Of a DNA stretch of 64,000 bases, positions 1 through 9,400 are shown piece after piece (position 1 is the first letter of the stretch; each line of letters starts with the position of its first letter). Source of the DNA: Deltaproteobacteria bacterium (lineage in GTDB: Bacteria; Myxococcota; Kuafuiibacteriia; Kuafuiibacteriales; Kuafuiibacteriaceae). Under the pieces are notes generated by a model that ran no database searches, was not told the origin of the DNA, and saw only the letters and a program-made list of their open reading frames with translations. A program made the translations under genes and the position numbers. The stretch covers positions 33,345 through 97,344 of the forward strand of contig JAVJQW010000063.1 in assembly GCA_040218735.1 (NCBI GenBank), read 5' to 3'.

Positions 1-1
1 C

Positions 2-466
2 GAATCGATCCCGCTCCCGGACGCTTCGATCGACTGCGTGTGGTCGCAGGACGCGTTCCTGCACAGCGGCGACAAACCGAAGGTCCTCGCCGAGATCAAC
101 CGTGTCCTGAAGCCGGGCGGCGAGCTCGTCTTCACGGATCCGATGCAGGCGGACGACTGCCCGGACGGCGTCCTCGCTCCGGTGCTCGAGCGCATCCACT
201 TGGAGTCGATGGGCTCCATCGCGTTCTACCGCGAGCACCTCACGAAGCTCGGCTTCGTCGAGAAGAGCGTCGACGACCTCACCGCCCACCTCGTCACGCA
301 CTACGCGTCGGTCTCGAAGGAGATCGATCGCCGCGGTGACGAGCTGAAGAAGGTATGTGGCGCGCCGTACCTGGAGCGCATGCAGAAGGGCCTCGGCCAC
401 TGGGTCGAGGCCGGCAAACGCGGGTACCTCGCCTGGGGAATCCTGCGCTTCGACAAACCCAGATGA
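2..466 (+). CDS. sdmt: Sarcosine/dimethylglycine N-methyltransferase (glycine betaine synthesis), 5'-truncated by the window edge
   Basis: The frame is open from base 2 (ESIPLPDASIDCVWSQDAFLHSGDK...LKPGGELVFTDPMQADDCP...W). WSQD-x-LH and FTDPM are typical of SDMT. The stop overlaps the BCCT start (ATGA). Confidence 0.8.
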   Translation, partial: ESIPLPDASIDCVWSQDAFLHSGDKPKVLAEINRVLKPGGELVFTDPMQADDCPDGVLAPVLERIHLESMGSIAFYREHLTKLGFVEKSVDDLTAHLVTHYASVSKEIDRRGDELKKVCGAPYLERMQKGLGHWVEAGKRGYLAWGILRFDKPR

Positions 467-1971
467 ACCAAGCGAAAAAGTCGTCCCTCGCGGTCAATCC
501 TCCGGTCTTCTTCACCTCCGCTGCCGCGTTGGTCGGCTTCGTCATCTTCGGCGCGTTCTACTCGGACGTCGCGGCGGAGGTGTTCCCGAAGCTGCTGGAC
601 GCCGTCGCGACGCACTTCGGCTGGTTCTACATCCTGGCCGTCGCGTTCTTCCTCGGCTTCTGCATCTGGCTCGCGTTCTCGCGCTTTCGCCACGTGAAGC
701 TCGGCGACGACGACGACGTGCCGGACTACTCCACGCCGACGTGGTTCGCGATGTTGTTCTCCGCCGGCATGGGGATCGGGCTGGTGTTCTACGGCGTCGC
801 GCAGCCGATGATGATGTACGCGGGGCCGCCGACCGGCGCGGGCGGCACCGCAGCCGCGGCGCGCGAGGCGCTCCCGCTGACCTACTTCCACTGGGGCCTC
901 CACGCGTGGGCGATCTACGTCGCGATGGGATTGGCGATCGCGTACTTCGCGTATCGTCGCGGGCTGCCGCTCACGTTGCGCAGCGCCTTCTATCCGATCC
1001 TCGGCGATCGCATCCACGGCTGGCCGGGTCACGTCGTCGACATCATCGCGGTGTTCGGGACGCTGTTCGGCCTCGCGACCTCGCTCGGTCTCGGCGCCAA
1101 GCAGATCGACGCCGGGCTGCACCACCTCTTCGACACGCCGACCGGCCCGACGTTTCAGATCGTCCTCATCGCGATCATCACCGGGTGCGCGACGATCTCG
1201 TTGGTGACCGGCGTCGACAAGGGCATCCGTCGCCTCTCCGAGCTCAACATGACGCTCGCCGCCTTGTTGATGGTGTTCGTCTTCTTCACCGGGCCGACGC
1301 TCTACATCCTCGACGCGTTCCCCGATCACATCGGTCGCTACCTCGCCGCGCTGCCGGAGCGCACGTTCTGGACCGGTCACGCCGACGGCGGCACCGAGTG
1401 GAACAAATCGTGGACCTACTTCTACTGGGCGTGGTGGATCGCGTGGGCGCCGTTCGTCGGCATGTTCGTCGCGCGCATCTCTCGCGGCCGCACGATTCGC
1501 GAGTTCGTGCTCGGCGTCCTCTTCGTACCGACCATCGTCACGTTCATCTGGTTCGCGGTCTTCGGCGACACGGCGATCTGGATGGAGACCGAGGGCGGCG
1601 GCGGTGTGTCGACGGCCGTCAACGAGAGCGTCGCCACCGCGATCTACGTGATGCTCGAACGCCTCCCGCTCGGGAGCATCACCTGCCTGCTCGCCGCGGC
1701 GGTCGTGTCGGTGTTCTTCGTGACGTCGTCCGACTCCGCCTCGTTCGTGGTCGACATGTTGACCTCCGGCGGGCACCCGAACCCGCCGATCTGGCAGCGG
1801 GTGTTCTGGGCGGTCTCGGAGGGCGCAGTCGCCGCCGTGCTGCTGGGCGCCGCGGGCAAGGCGGGGCTGAAGGCACTTCAATCCGCGGTCATCTGCATCG
1901 GCGCGCCGTTCTCGATTATCCTCGTGCTGATGTGCTTCAGCCTGATGAAGAGTCTGTTCGAGAACGAATAG
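463..1971 (+). CDS. BCCT family betaine/choline/carnitine transporter
   Basis: Motifs WFAMLFSAGMGIGL, FHWGLHAW, WTYFYWAWWIAWAPFVGMFVARISRGRTIREF and TSSDSAS, with many TM segments. The ATG at 463 overlaps the upstream TGA. Confidence 0.95.
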   Translation: MNQAKKSSLAVNPPVFFTSAAALVGFVIFGAFYSDVAAEVFPKLLDAVATHFGWFYILAVAFFLGFCIWLAFSRFRHVKLGDDDDVPDYSTPTWFAMLFSAGMGIGLVFYGVAQPMMMYAGPPTGAGGTAAAAREALPLTYFHWGLHAWAIYVAMGLAIAYFAYRRGLPLTLRSAFYPILGDRIHGWPGHVVDIIAVFGTLFGLATSLGLGAKQIDAGLHHLFDTPTGPTFQIVLIAIITGCATISLVTGVDKGIRRLSELNMTLAALLMVFVFFTGPTLYILDAFPDHIGRYLAALPERTFWTGHADGGTEWNKSWTYFYWAWWIAWAPFVGMFVARISRGRTIREFVLGVLFVPTIVTFIWFAVFGDTAIWMETEGGGGVSTAVNESVATAIYVMLERLPLGSITCLLAAAVVSVFFVTSSDSASFVVDMLTSGGHPNPPIWQRVFWAVSEGAVAAVLLGAAGKAGLKALQSAVICIGAPFSIILVLMCFSLMKSLFENE

Positions 1972-1978
1972 GCGCGCC

Positions 1979-3934
1979 GTGCGCCGCCTGATCGACCGCG
2001 GCCTCGCCGCCGCCGTCTCCGCCGCCGGTCGCCGCGAGCGCTACGGTCGGGGCCGGACTCCGCACACGGCGTTGACCTGGTGGGCGAGACGCCCGCACGC
2101 CGCGATGCGCGCCGCCGTGTTCGCCGCGCTCGTCGACGACTCGCCGGAGCACCGCGCGCTCGCCGATGCGCTCGCCGTCGACGAGGCGCCGGAGGCGGAG
2201 CTTCGCCGCGCCGTCGGCGCGGGAAAGCGGCTCCTCGATCCCTTCGCGGGCGGCGGGACGATCCCCCTCGAAGCCAAGCGCCTCGGCGTCGATGCGGTGG
2301 CCGTCGACAACAACGAGCTCGCGGTGATGATCAACCGGTGCTGGCTCGAGTGGGTGCCGGCGACGTCCGACGAGGAGCGCGTCGCGACGACGACGGCATT
2401 GGGCGAGCGCGCGATCGCGATCGTCGAGCGCCTCACCGCGGACCTCTTCCCCCTGCGCGGTCGCGCCGTCGACGAACGGGTGCCGACGCACTACGTGTTC
2501 ACGTACCGATCGCACTGCGCGTGCGGATATCGGTTCCACTTGTCGCGTCGTCGGTGGCTCTCCACCCGCGATCGCGTCGCGCTCACGCCCTCGATGCACG
2601 GTGACGAAGAGCGCCTGTCGTTGGGGGACGTCGCGGTCCCGCCGCACGCCGCCTGCCCGCGCTGCGGCGACGCCGTGAACGCAAAGGTGAACGAAGCGGA
2701 GGACGCGCTCGTCGCCGTCGTGTACGGAGCGCGCGGGCGCGGGAAGCGCTACGACAGCAAGACGCACGGCGCGTGTCCCCCCGACCACGTGTTGGCGACG
2801 CGTTCGTTTGCGCTGCGCGCGGCGCTCGGCGTCGACGCGCCGACCGCCGAGCTCTACGCTTGGTCGGGGATCGTGAACCCTCCGCTCCACGGCCTCCACA
2901 CACACGACGCCGTGTTCACGCCCCGACAGCGCGCGGTGCTCTACGCGACGATCGGCGCGATTCGCGAAGTCACAGCGGAGCTCGACGCGGACGAACGTCG
3001 CTTCTATCGCGCGGTGCTCTCCGGCCTCGTCGACCAGTGCGTGGATTGGAACTCGCGTCTGTCGATGTGGATCCCTCAGAACGAACAGGTGGGTCGAGCG
3101 TTGAGCGGCCCGGGCGTCCCGATGTTGTGGGACTTCGTCGAGACCGATCCGGTGAGTCGTGGCCCGGCGAACCTGCACGACAAACTCACGCGCATCGCCA
3201 ACGGCGTGGCGGCGCTCCCGGTGGAGCCTCGCGGTCGCGCCGTGCACGCGAGCGCGCAGCGGCTCCCGTTCGAGGATGCGTCGTTCGACGCCGTCGTCAC
3301 GGACCCGCCGTACTACGACAACATCTACTACGCGGCGCTCGCCGACTTCGTCTACGTGTGGAAGCGGCTGCTACTCGACGAGGATGCGCCCGATTTGTTC
3401 GCGGCGGAGCGCACACGGACCGCGGGGGAGCTCGTCGCATCGCGGCAGCGCTTCGGCGCCGACGCCCACGCGGTCTACGTCCGAGAGCTCACGCGGGCGA
3501 TCGAAGAGATGATGCGGGTGTTGAAGGAGGACGGCGCGGTCGCGTTGGTGTTCGGGCACGCGTCGTTCGCCGGGTGGTGCGCGTGGGCGGAGGCGCTGCG
3601 CGCCGCGCCGGTGGAGATCACGCAGGTCACGCCGCTCGCGATCGAACGTGAAGCGCGTCCACGGGCGATGCGGTCGCGCTCGGTCGACACGTGTTTCCTC
3701 TTCGTCGGCCGGCACTGCACCTCCAAGCCCGCGGTCTCGGAGCGCACCTGGCGTGCGCAGATTCGTCGCGTCGACGCCGACGACGCACCGACGGCGTTTG
3801 CCCGTGGACTGGCGAGCGTCGCCAACGTGTCCTCGATCGGGGCAAAAGCGCTGAGCGAGAGTATCGCCGCGCTCGAAACGCGGGTCGCGGAACGCTTCGA
3901 CGGCTTCGCGCTTCGCCGCCGCCGATCGCTCTGA
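1979..3934 (+). CDS. DUF1156-domain DNA amino-methyltransferase (N6-adenine/N4-cytosine type) with Zn ribbon
   Basis: N-terminal TWWARRP (DUF1156 signature), SAM-binding DPFAGGGTIPLEAKRLG, CACG...CPRCG Zn ribbon, MLWDFVE, and catalytic DPPYYDN. Confidence 0.85.
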   Translation: MRRLIDRGLAAAVSAAGRRERYGRGRTPHTALTWWARRPHAAMRAAVFAALVDDSPEHRALADALAVDEAPEAELRRAVGAGKRLLDPFAGGGTIPLEAKRLGVDAVAVDNNELAVMINRCWLEWVPATSDEERVATTTALGERAIAIVERLTADLFPLRGRAVDERVPTHYVFTYRSHCACGYRFHLSRRRWLSTRDRVALTPSMHGDEERLSLGDVAVPPHAACPRCGDAVNAKVNEAEDALVAVVYGARGRGKRYDSKTHGACPPDHVLATRSFALRAALGVDAPTAELYAWSGIVNPPLHGLHTHDAVFTPRQRAVLYATIGAIREVTAELDADERRFYRAVLSGLVDQCVDWNSRLSMWIPQNEQVGRALSGPGVPMLWDFVETDPVSRGPANLHDKLTRIANGVAALPVEPRGRAVHASAQRLPFEDASFDAVVTDPPYYDNIYYAALADFVYVWKRLLLDEDAPDLFAAERTRTAGELVASRQRFGADAHAVYVRELTRAIEEMMRVLKEDGAVALVFGHASFAGWCAWAEALRAAPVEITQVTPLAIEREARPRAMRSRSVDTCFLFVGRHCTSKPAVSERTWRAQIRRVDADDAPTAFARGLASVANVSSIGAKALSESIAALETRVAERFDGFALRRRRSL

Positions 3935-3977
3935 ATAGAGAGCTTCCCCGACGTCGGGGTGCCGCGGCGCCGCCGAC

Positions 3978-4005
3978 GCAACGCGAAGGCGCGTGCGCCC
4001 GATAA
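3978..4005 (+). promoter_or_regulatory. Putative sigma28/FliA-like promoter (GCAAC-N15-CCCGATAA)
   Basis: The -10 box resembles GCCGATAA and lies 11 nt before ATG 4017. The same architecture occurs at 24343-24369. Confidence 0.4.
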
Positions 4006-4016
4006 CTCCGTCCGCG

Positions 4017-5210
4017 ATGCCGGTCGGTCGGGCAGGAAACGACGCGCTGCGCGGGGTCTCCCTCGCGGCGCTCGCGCCGGCTTCCTCGCGTCCGCGTTCG
4101 TCCGGCCGCGTCGGGCTGGGGCCGGTCGGCGACTTTCCGGATCCGCGCGCCGCCGGACGCGAGGATCTTCGAACGCTGCAGGCGATCGTCGACGGACACG
4201 TCTCGGCGCACGACGGGCTCGTCCGCATCAGTCAGTCCGGCGGTCTCCCGATCGTCGTCGATGGCAAGACGGTCTTCGTCTCCGACGCGAGCGAGACGCA
4301 GCACGTGGCCGGCGACTTCAACGGATGGTCACCCACCGCGATGGAGCGGCGCGGCGAGGTGCAGGTGCTCGAGGTCAAGGGTGAGCAGACCGGGCGCTAC
4401 AAGCTCGTGGCGGGATCGGATTGGCGCGCCGACCCGTGGTCGCGCCGCTACGCGTTCGACGACCACGGCGAGATCTCCATCGCGCAGCGACAGGGTGGGC
4501 GCGAGCTGTTGCGCATCCACGGTGTTTCCGGGTTCGGGCTCGCGCCGCGGACGGTGCGTTTGTTGGTGCCCGCCGGTGAGGCGACGCACCACCTCTACAT
4601 GCACGACGGGCAGAACCTCTTTCACCCGAACGCGATGTTCGGTGGGTGGCGCGTCGACGAGGCGGTCGGTGACAAGACGTTGGTCGTCGCGCTCGACAAC
4701 ACGAGTGATCGCATGGACGAGTACACCCACGTCCGCGACAAGATCGACGACCGGGAGATGGGCGGTCGCGGTGACGACTACGCGCGCCTCGTCGTCGATC
4801 TCGTGAAGCCGATGATCGAAAGCAACTTCGGTGCGCCGCGGAAGGTCGGCGTGATGGGTTCGTCGTTGGGCGGGTTGGTCTCGTTCCACATCGCGTCGAA
4901 GTACCCCAACACGTTCGACTTCGTCGGCGCGATGTCGCCGACGTTCTGGTGGGGCGGGAGCGACAGCATGCTCGAGCGTTACCGCGCGCAGCCGTTCATG
5001 CGGCGACCGAAGTTCTACGTCGACTCGGGCGGCTCGCCGGGCGGACGCGACAACCACGACGCCGCGAAGGAGATGGCCGGCATCCTCGACCAGGCCGGGT
5101 ACCGCTGGGAGCGCGACCTGTGGCACTGGCACGAGCCCGACGCGGCCCACAACGAGATGGCGTGGGCGCGCCGGGTGTGGCGTCCGTTGAAGTTGTTCGA
5201 AGGGCTGTGA
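4017..5210 (+). CDS. Alpha/beta-hydrolase (esterase, IroE/Fes-like) with an N-terminal CBM48/E-set-like domain
   Basis: VAGDFNGW and YKLV...WRADP (CBM48-like); LYMHDGQNLF; nucleophile GSSLGG; AAHNEMAW. The start could also be GTG 3993. Confidence 0.85.
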   Translation: MPVGRAGNDALRGVSLAALAPASSRPRSSGRVGLGPVGDFPDPRAAGREDLRTLQAIVDGHVSAHDGLVRISQSGGLPIVVDGKTVFVSDASETQHVAGDFNGWSPTAMERRGEVQVLEVKGEQTGRYKLVAGSDWRADPWSRRYAFDDHGEISIAQRQGGRELLRIHGVSGFGLAPRTVRLLVPAGEATHHLYMHDGQNLFHPNAMFGGWRVDEAVGDKTLVVALDNTSDRMDEYTHVRDKIDDREMGGRGDDYARLVVDLVKPMIESNFGAPRKVGVMGSSLGGLVSFHIASKYPNTFDFVGAMSPTFWWGGSDSMLERYRAQPFMRRPKFYVDSGGSPGGRDNHDAAKEMAGILDQAGYRWERDLWHWHEPDAAHNEMAWARRVWRPLKLFEGL

Positions 5211-5241
5211 CCGCGGCGCCGTGCGCGCGCGTGCGGGGGAT

Positions 5242-5913
5242 CTAGCGCTTCTTCGAGCCGCGCTTCTTGGCGGCCTTCTTCGCGGGGCGCTTCTTCGCTG
5301 CGGCCTTCTTCTTTGCGGCCTTCTTCGCGGGGCGCTTCTTGGCGGCCTTCTTCTTGGCGGCCTTCTTCGCGGGGCGCTTCTTGGCCGCGGCCTTCTTCTT
5401 GGTGGCCTTCTTCGCAGGGCGCTTCTTGGCCGCGGCCTTCTTCGCCGTCTTCTTCTTGGTGGCCTTCTTCTTCGCCGCCTTCTTCTTGGTGGCCTTCTTC
5501 TTCGGCGCGGCCTCGGGTGCCGCGGCCTGCGCCTCGGGCGCCGGCGCGCGATTCATCCAGATGCCGAACAGCGCGCCCGACGGATCGCTGAGGATCGCGA
5601 TCTCACCCATGACGGAGCCGTCCGGTCCCTTCACTTCCATGTGCGGCAGCAGCGCTTGGCCTCCGGCGCTCGTCGCGGCGGCGACCGTCTTGTGAACGTC
5701 GTCGACCTCGACGTACGGGAGCCAGTGGCTCGGCGCGTTCGGATCTTGAACGCCCTGCATACCGATGCCGGGATTCATCATCTCCTCGACCATCGTGTAC
5801 GCCATGCCTTCCATCGGCATGTCGATCGTCTTCCAGCCGAAGACCTTCGTGTAGAACGCCTTGGCGCCCGCGGCGTCCTTGGAGTTGAGCTCGATGTGAA
5901 CGAAGTTACCCAT
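5242..5913 (-). CDS. VOC/glyoxalase family protein with a histone H1-like Lys/Ala-rich C-terminal tail
   Basis: FVHIEL...AKAFYTKVFGW...WLPYVEVDDV...DPSGALFGIW, then about 85 aa of KKAAKK/KKRPAKK repeats. AAAGGA RBS upstream of ATG 5913. Confidence 0.9.
   Translation of the reverse strand: MGNFVHIELNSKDAAGAKAFYTKVFGWKTIDMPMEGMAYTMVEEMMNPGIGMQGVQDPNAPSHWLPYVEVDDVHKTVAAATSAGGQALLPHMEVKGPDGSVMGEIAILSDPSGALFGIWMNRAPAPEAQAAAPEAAPKKKATKKKAAKKKATKKKTAKKAAAKKRPAKKATKKKAAAKKRPAKKAAKKKAAKKRPAKKAAKKKAAAKKRPAKKAAKKRGSKKR
5262..5503 (-). repeat. Coding tandem repeat (KKRPAKKAA/KKAT units)
   Basis: Repeated gcggccttcttc and gcggggcgcttctt units on the + strand. Confidence 0.9.
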
Positions 5914-5977
5914 CACGAACCATCCTTTCGGACGCGCTCCATAGCACGACGTTGCGCGCGCCACATCTACCCCGATC

Positions 5978-6403
5978 TCAGTTCCCGATGACGACCTTCC
6001 GTCCCAGCTCGCCGCGGAGCCAGTCGGCCGCGCGCTCCGTTTGGTCGCCGGCCAGGATCACGTCCTCCCCCTCCACGGATCCGCCGCAGCCGAGGGTTCG
6101 TTTGAGTGTATGCGCGAGGGACTCGGTCGCCGCCGCGTCGAGGTCGAGCTGCGAGACGCGCGTGACCGTCTTGCCGCCGCGGCCCTTCCGCTCGCGCGCG
6201 ACCACGACCTTGCGACCCGAGCCACGGGGCTCCTCGGCCGCGTCCGGCGCGTCCGCCACGACCGGCGCGGGCGCTTCGGGCGTATCCGGGGCGTCGCCCA
6301 TCTGGGCGCGGAGCGCCGCCAGGCCGCCGAAGGCGTTGTTGAAAGGGCCCTTTTCGGGCGCTGTAGTGGAGGCGTCGACGCGCTCGCGCTTCTTCTTGGC
6401 CAC
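5978..6403 (-). CDS. yciH: Translation initiation factor SUI1/YciH
   Basis: ERKGRGGKTVTRV...LKRTLGCGGSVEG...LAGDQ is the SUI1 signature. Confidence 0.9.
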   Translation of the reverse strand: MAKKKRERVDASTTAPEKGPFNNAFGGLAALRAQMGDAPDTPEAPAPVVADAPDAAEEPRGSGRKVVVARERKGRGGKTVTRVSQLDLDAAATESLAHTLKRTLGCGGSVEGEDVILAGDQTERAADWLRGELGRKVVIGN

Positions 6404-6499
6404 GGACCGCGTTCGACCCCGAGGGGGATGGGTCGGTCAACCGTCGGACGAATTGACGGCACCCTCCGCAGCGGTCAGACTCCGCATCCTACCGCAATC

Positions 6500-9400
6500 A
6501 TGAGCGGATCCGTTCTCATCATCGACGGAGATCAGGCCTTCGCCGAAAGCGCGCAGAACGCGCTGGAAGCCGCCGGACTCACCGTCTGGGTTCGCCAGGA
6601 CGGCACCTTCGATACCGTCCGCGAGCTGCGTCCCCACGTGCTGCTGCTCAACGTCGAGCTGCCGCGGGGGTCGGGCTTCGCCATCTGTTCGCGGATCCGC
6701 CGCGACAAAGCGCTCCAGAAGATGCCGATCTTCCTCACGAGCGCGGAGGCGACGGCGGAGGCTCTGACGCGCCACGCCGCCACGGCGGACTCGGCGAACG
6801 AGTACGCGAAGAAGCCGATCCCGATCGACGACGTCGTGGACCGGGTCGGTCGCCTCATCGCGACGCGCCCCGCCGAAGAGGCGCCGACGAACGGCGCGGT
6901 GCCGCCGCCCATACCTCCTCCGCTCAAGAAGACGCGCGACGTCGAGGAGACGCCGCCGCCGCTGATGACGTCGCCGGAGCTGACGCCGATACCCACGAAG
7001 GGGCTCGGCTCGGACGAGCTGTGGCCGTCCGCGACCTACGACGAGCAGATGCGGAGCGCGCTCGCGCAGGGGGAGGAGTCGCTCCCGAAGGGGCGGGTGT
7101 CGCCCGAGGAGCGGTTGCAGGCGCTGCGCGCGCTGGTGAAGCAGCACGAGACGCAGCGGCGCGGCTTCGTCGAGACGTGGCAGCAGGCGAACGAGCGCGG
7201 GCAGGAGCTCGCGCGTCGGATCGTCGGGCTGACGAGTGAGCTCGAGAACCGCACCGCGCGCATCGAGGAGCTCGACGCGCAGCTCGCCGAGACGCAGGAG
7301 CGCCTCGACACGGTCGGCTCGGAGTTTCAGACCTTCCAGGACGAGATCACACGCATCTTCCGGGAGAAGGACGCCGAGGAGTCCAACCGGGCGTCCTATC
7401 TCAAGGAGCTCGAAGAGACGAAGGCCGCGCAGGAGGCTCAGCTTCAGCAGGCGTTCGAGCGGCAGACGGACGACGAGCGTCGGCTGGAGATCATCCAGGA
7501 GGACCTCGACCTCCTGCAGAACGAGAAGGACAGCGCCGTCGCGACGCTCGCGGAGGTCGAGGAGGCGCTGGCGATCGCGCGGGCGGACATCGAGGAGCGC
7601 GACAAGCGCCTGGAGATGACGAACGCGATCGCGACGGAGCGCGCGGAGGAGGTCTCCGAGCTCCGCGATCGGATCGACGAGCTGGCGTTCGAGCACACAC
7701 GCGAGCGCTCGAAGCTCGAGGACGCGCACGAAGAGAAGATCGAGGCGCTGCTCTCGGAGCACGTCTCGACGATGGAGCGCGGTCGCGCCGAGCAGGAGGC
7801 GTCGCTCGCCGACGCCGAGTCGCGCTACGAGCAGATGCAGGCGCAGCTCGAAGCGGCGAAGGAGGACGCGGTCGCGCAGCTCGAAGCCGACCACGCCGCC
7901 GCGACGCACGCCGCGGCCGAGCGGCACGCCGCCGAGATCGAAGCGCTCGAGGCGTCGCACGAGGATGCGTTGGGGGTCGCGGCGAACGCGCGGCTGGAGC
8001 TGGAGGGTGAGAACGCCGAGCTCCGAACCCGGACCGAGGAGCTCGAGACGGCGTACGCGCGCGAAGCCGAGGAGCACCGCCAGACCAAGGCGCAGCTCGA
8101 AGCCGAGCTGGAGGCCGAGCGCGAAGAGGTCGAGCAGCTCCAGGCGAGCCTCGACCGGGCGACGAAGAACGAGATGGAGCTCGAGCACCGCCGGGCGACG
8201 CTCGAAACGAAGCTCGCCGAGGTCTCTCGTGCGCGCGACGAGGCGGAGGTTTCCCTCGCGGCGACGCAGGCAGAGCTGGAGCAATCCACGGAGGAGGGGG
8301 CGGCGACGTCCGAGCGCCTCCATTTGGTGGAGGCCGAGCTCGACACCGCGCAGGCGGATCTCTTCGAGCGGAGCTCTCGTGTCTCGCACCTCGAAAAGCA
8401 GCTCTCGGCTCTGCAGGCGCGCGCGACCGAGCTCGATACGGCGCTGCGGGTCAGCGAGAAGGCGCTGAAGACGGCCGAGAACCAGGGGCGCGCCGCGGCG
8501 ACGAAGGCGGCGGAAGCCGAGGCCGAGCGCGATGCGCTCGAGCAACAGGTCGAGCTGCTCGAGGAGCAGCACACCCGCCTCGAGGACAAGGTTCGTGACA
8601 CGGAGACGATGCTCGAGCACGAGCGCGCTCGGCTCACGAAGGCCGAGGATGGGCTGCGGAAGGCGCGCGATCACGTCGCCGCGCACGAGGAGATGGCGGA
8701 CCGCCTGAAGGCGGAGCTGCACGAGGAGCGCGAGGCGCAGAGTGAGCTGGAGGCGTCGGTCGCGGCGCTGCAGGGCGACCGGTCCTCGCTGTCGGCGGAG
8801 GTCGAGGAGCTCGCGAGCAAGAGCACGGACCTCGCGCAGATCGTCGAGCGCATCGACCGGGAGAAGGCCGACCTGGAGGCGCAGCTCGACGCCGAACGGT
8901 CCGCGTCCGACGCGCAGGTCGCGCAGCTCCAGCAGCAGGTCGAGGCGGCCACGGCGCGGTTCGAGCAGACCGAGATGGCGCGGCGCGAAGTCGCGCGGGC
9001 GGCGGACGAGGCCGAGAAGCAGCTCGCGAAGGAGCGTGCGGCGCGCGAGAAGTTGCAGCGCGCGCTCGAAGAGGAGCGCGGGGCGCGACACGATCTCGTG
9101 GAGACGTTGGACTCTTCGCGGTCCACGCAGTCGGAGCTGGAGATCATCGTCGAGACCGAGACGAAGTCGCGCGAGGAAGCCGAGCAGGCGCTCGCGGCGA
9201 TGTCGCAGCAGCGCGAGGCGCTGGAGGAGGCGCTGTCGCGCAAGGAGGCGGAGCTGTCCGAGGCGTACGCGGGGCAGACGGATGCGCAGCGTCGGTTCGA
9301 GTCTTCGGTGCAGGATCGTCAGGACATGCTCTCGGAGCTCACGTCGAACCTCGAGCGCGAGCGCAAGCGTGCGGAGACGCTCGACCTGACGGTCACGAGT

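Noticed and set aside
5262-5503. Tandem repeats as a possible CRISPR array or VNTR element
   Set aside because: The units are degenerate in-frame Lys/Ala codons with no unique spacers, and no cas genes are present.
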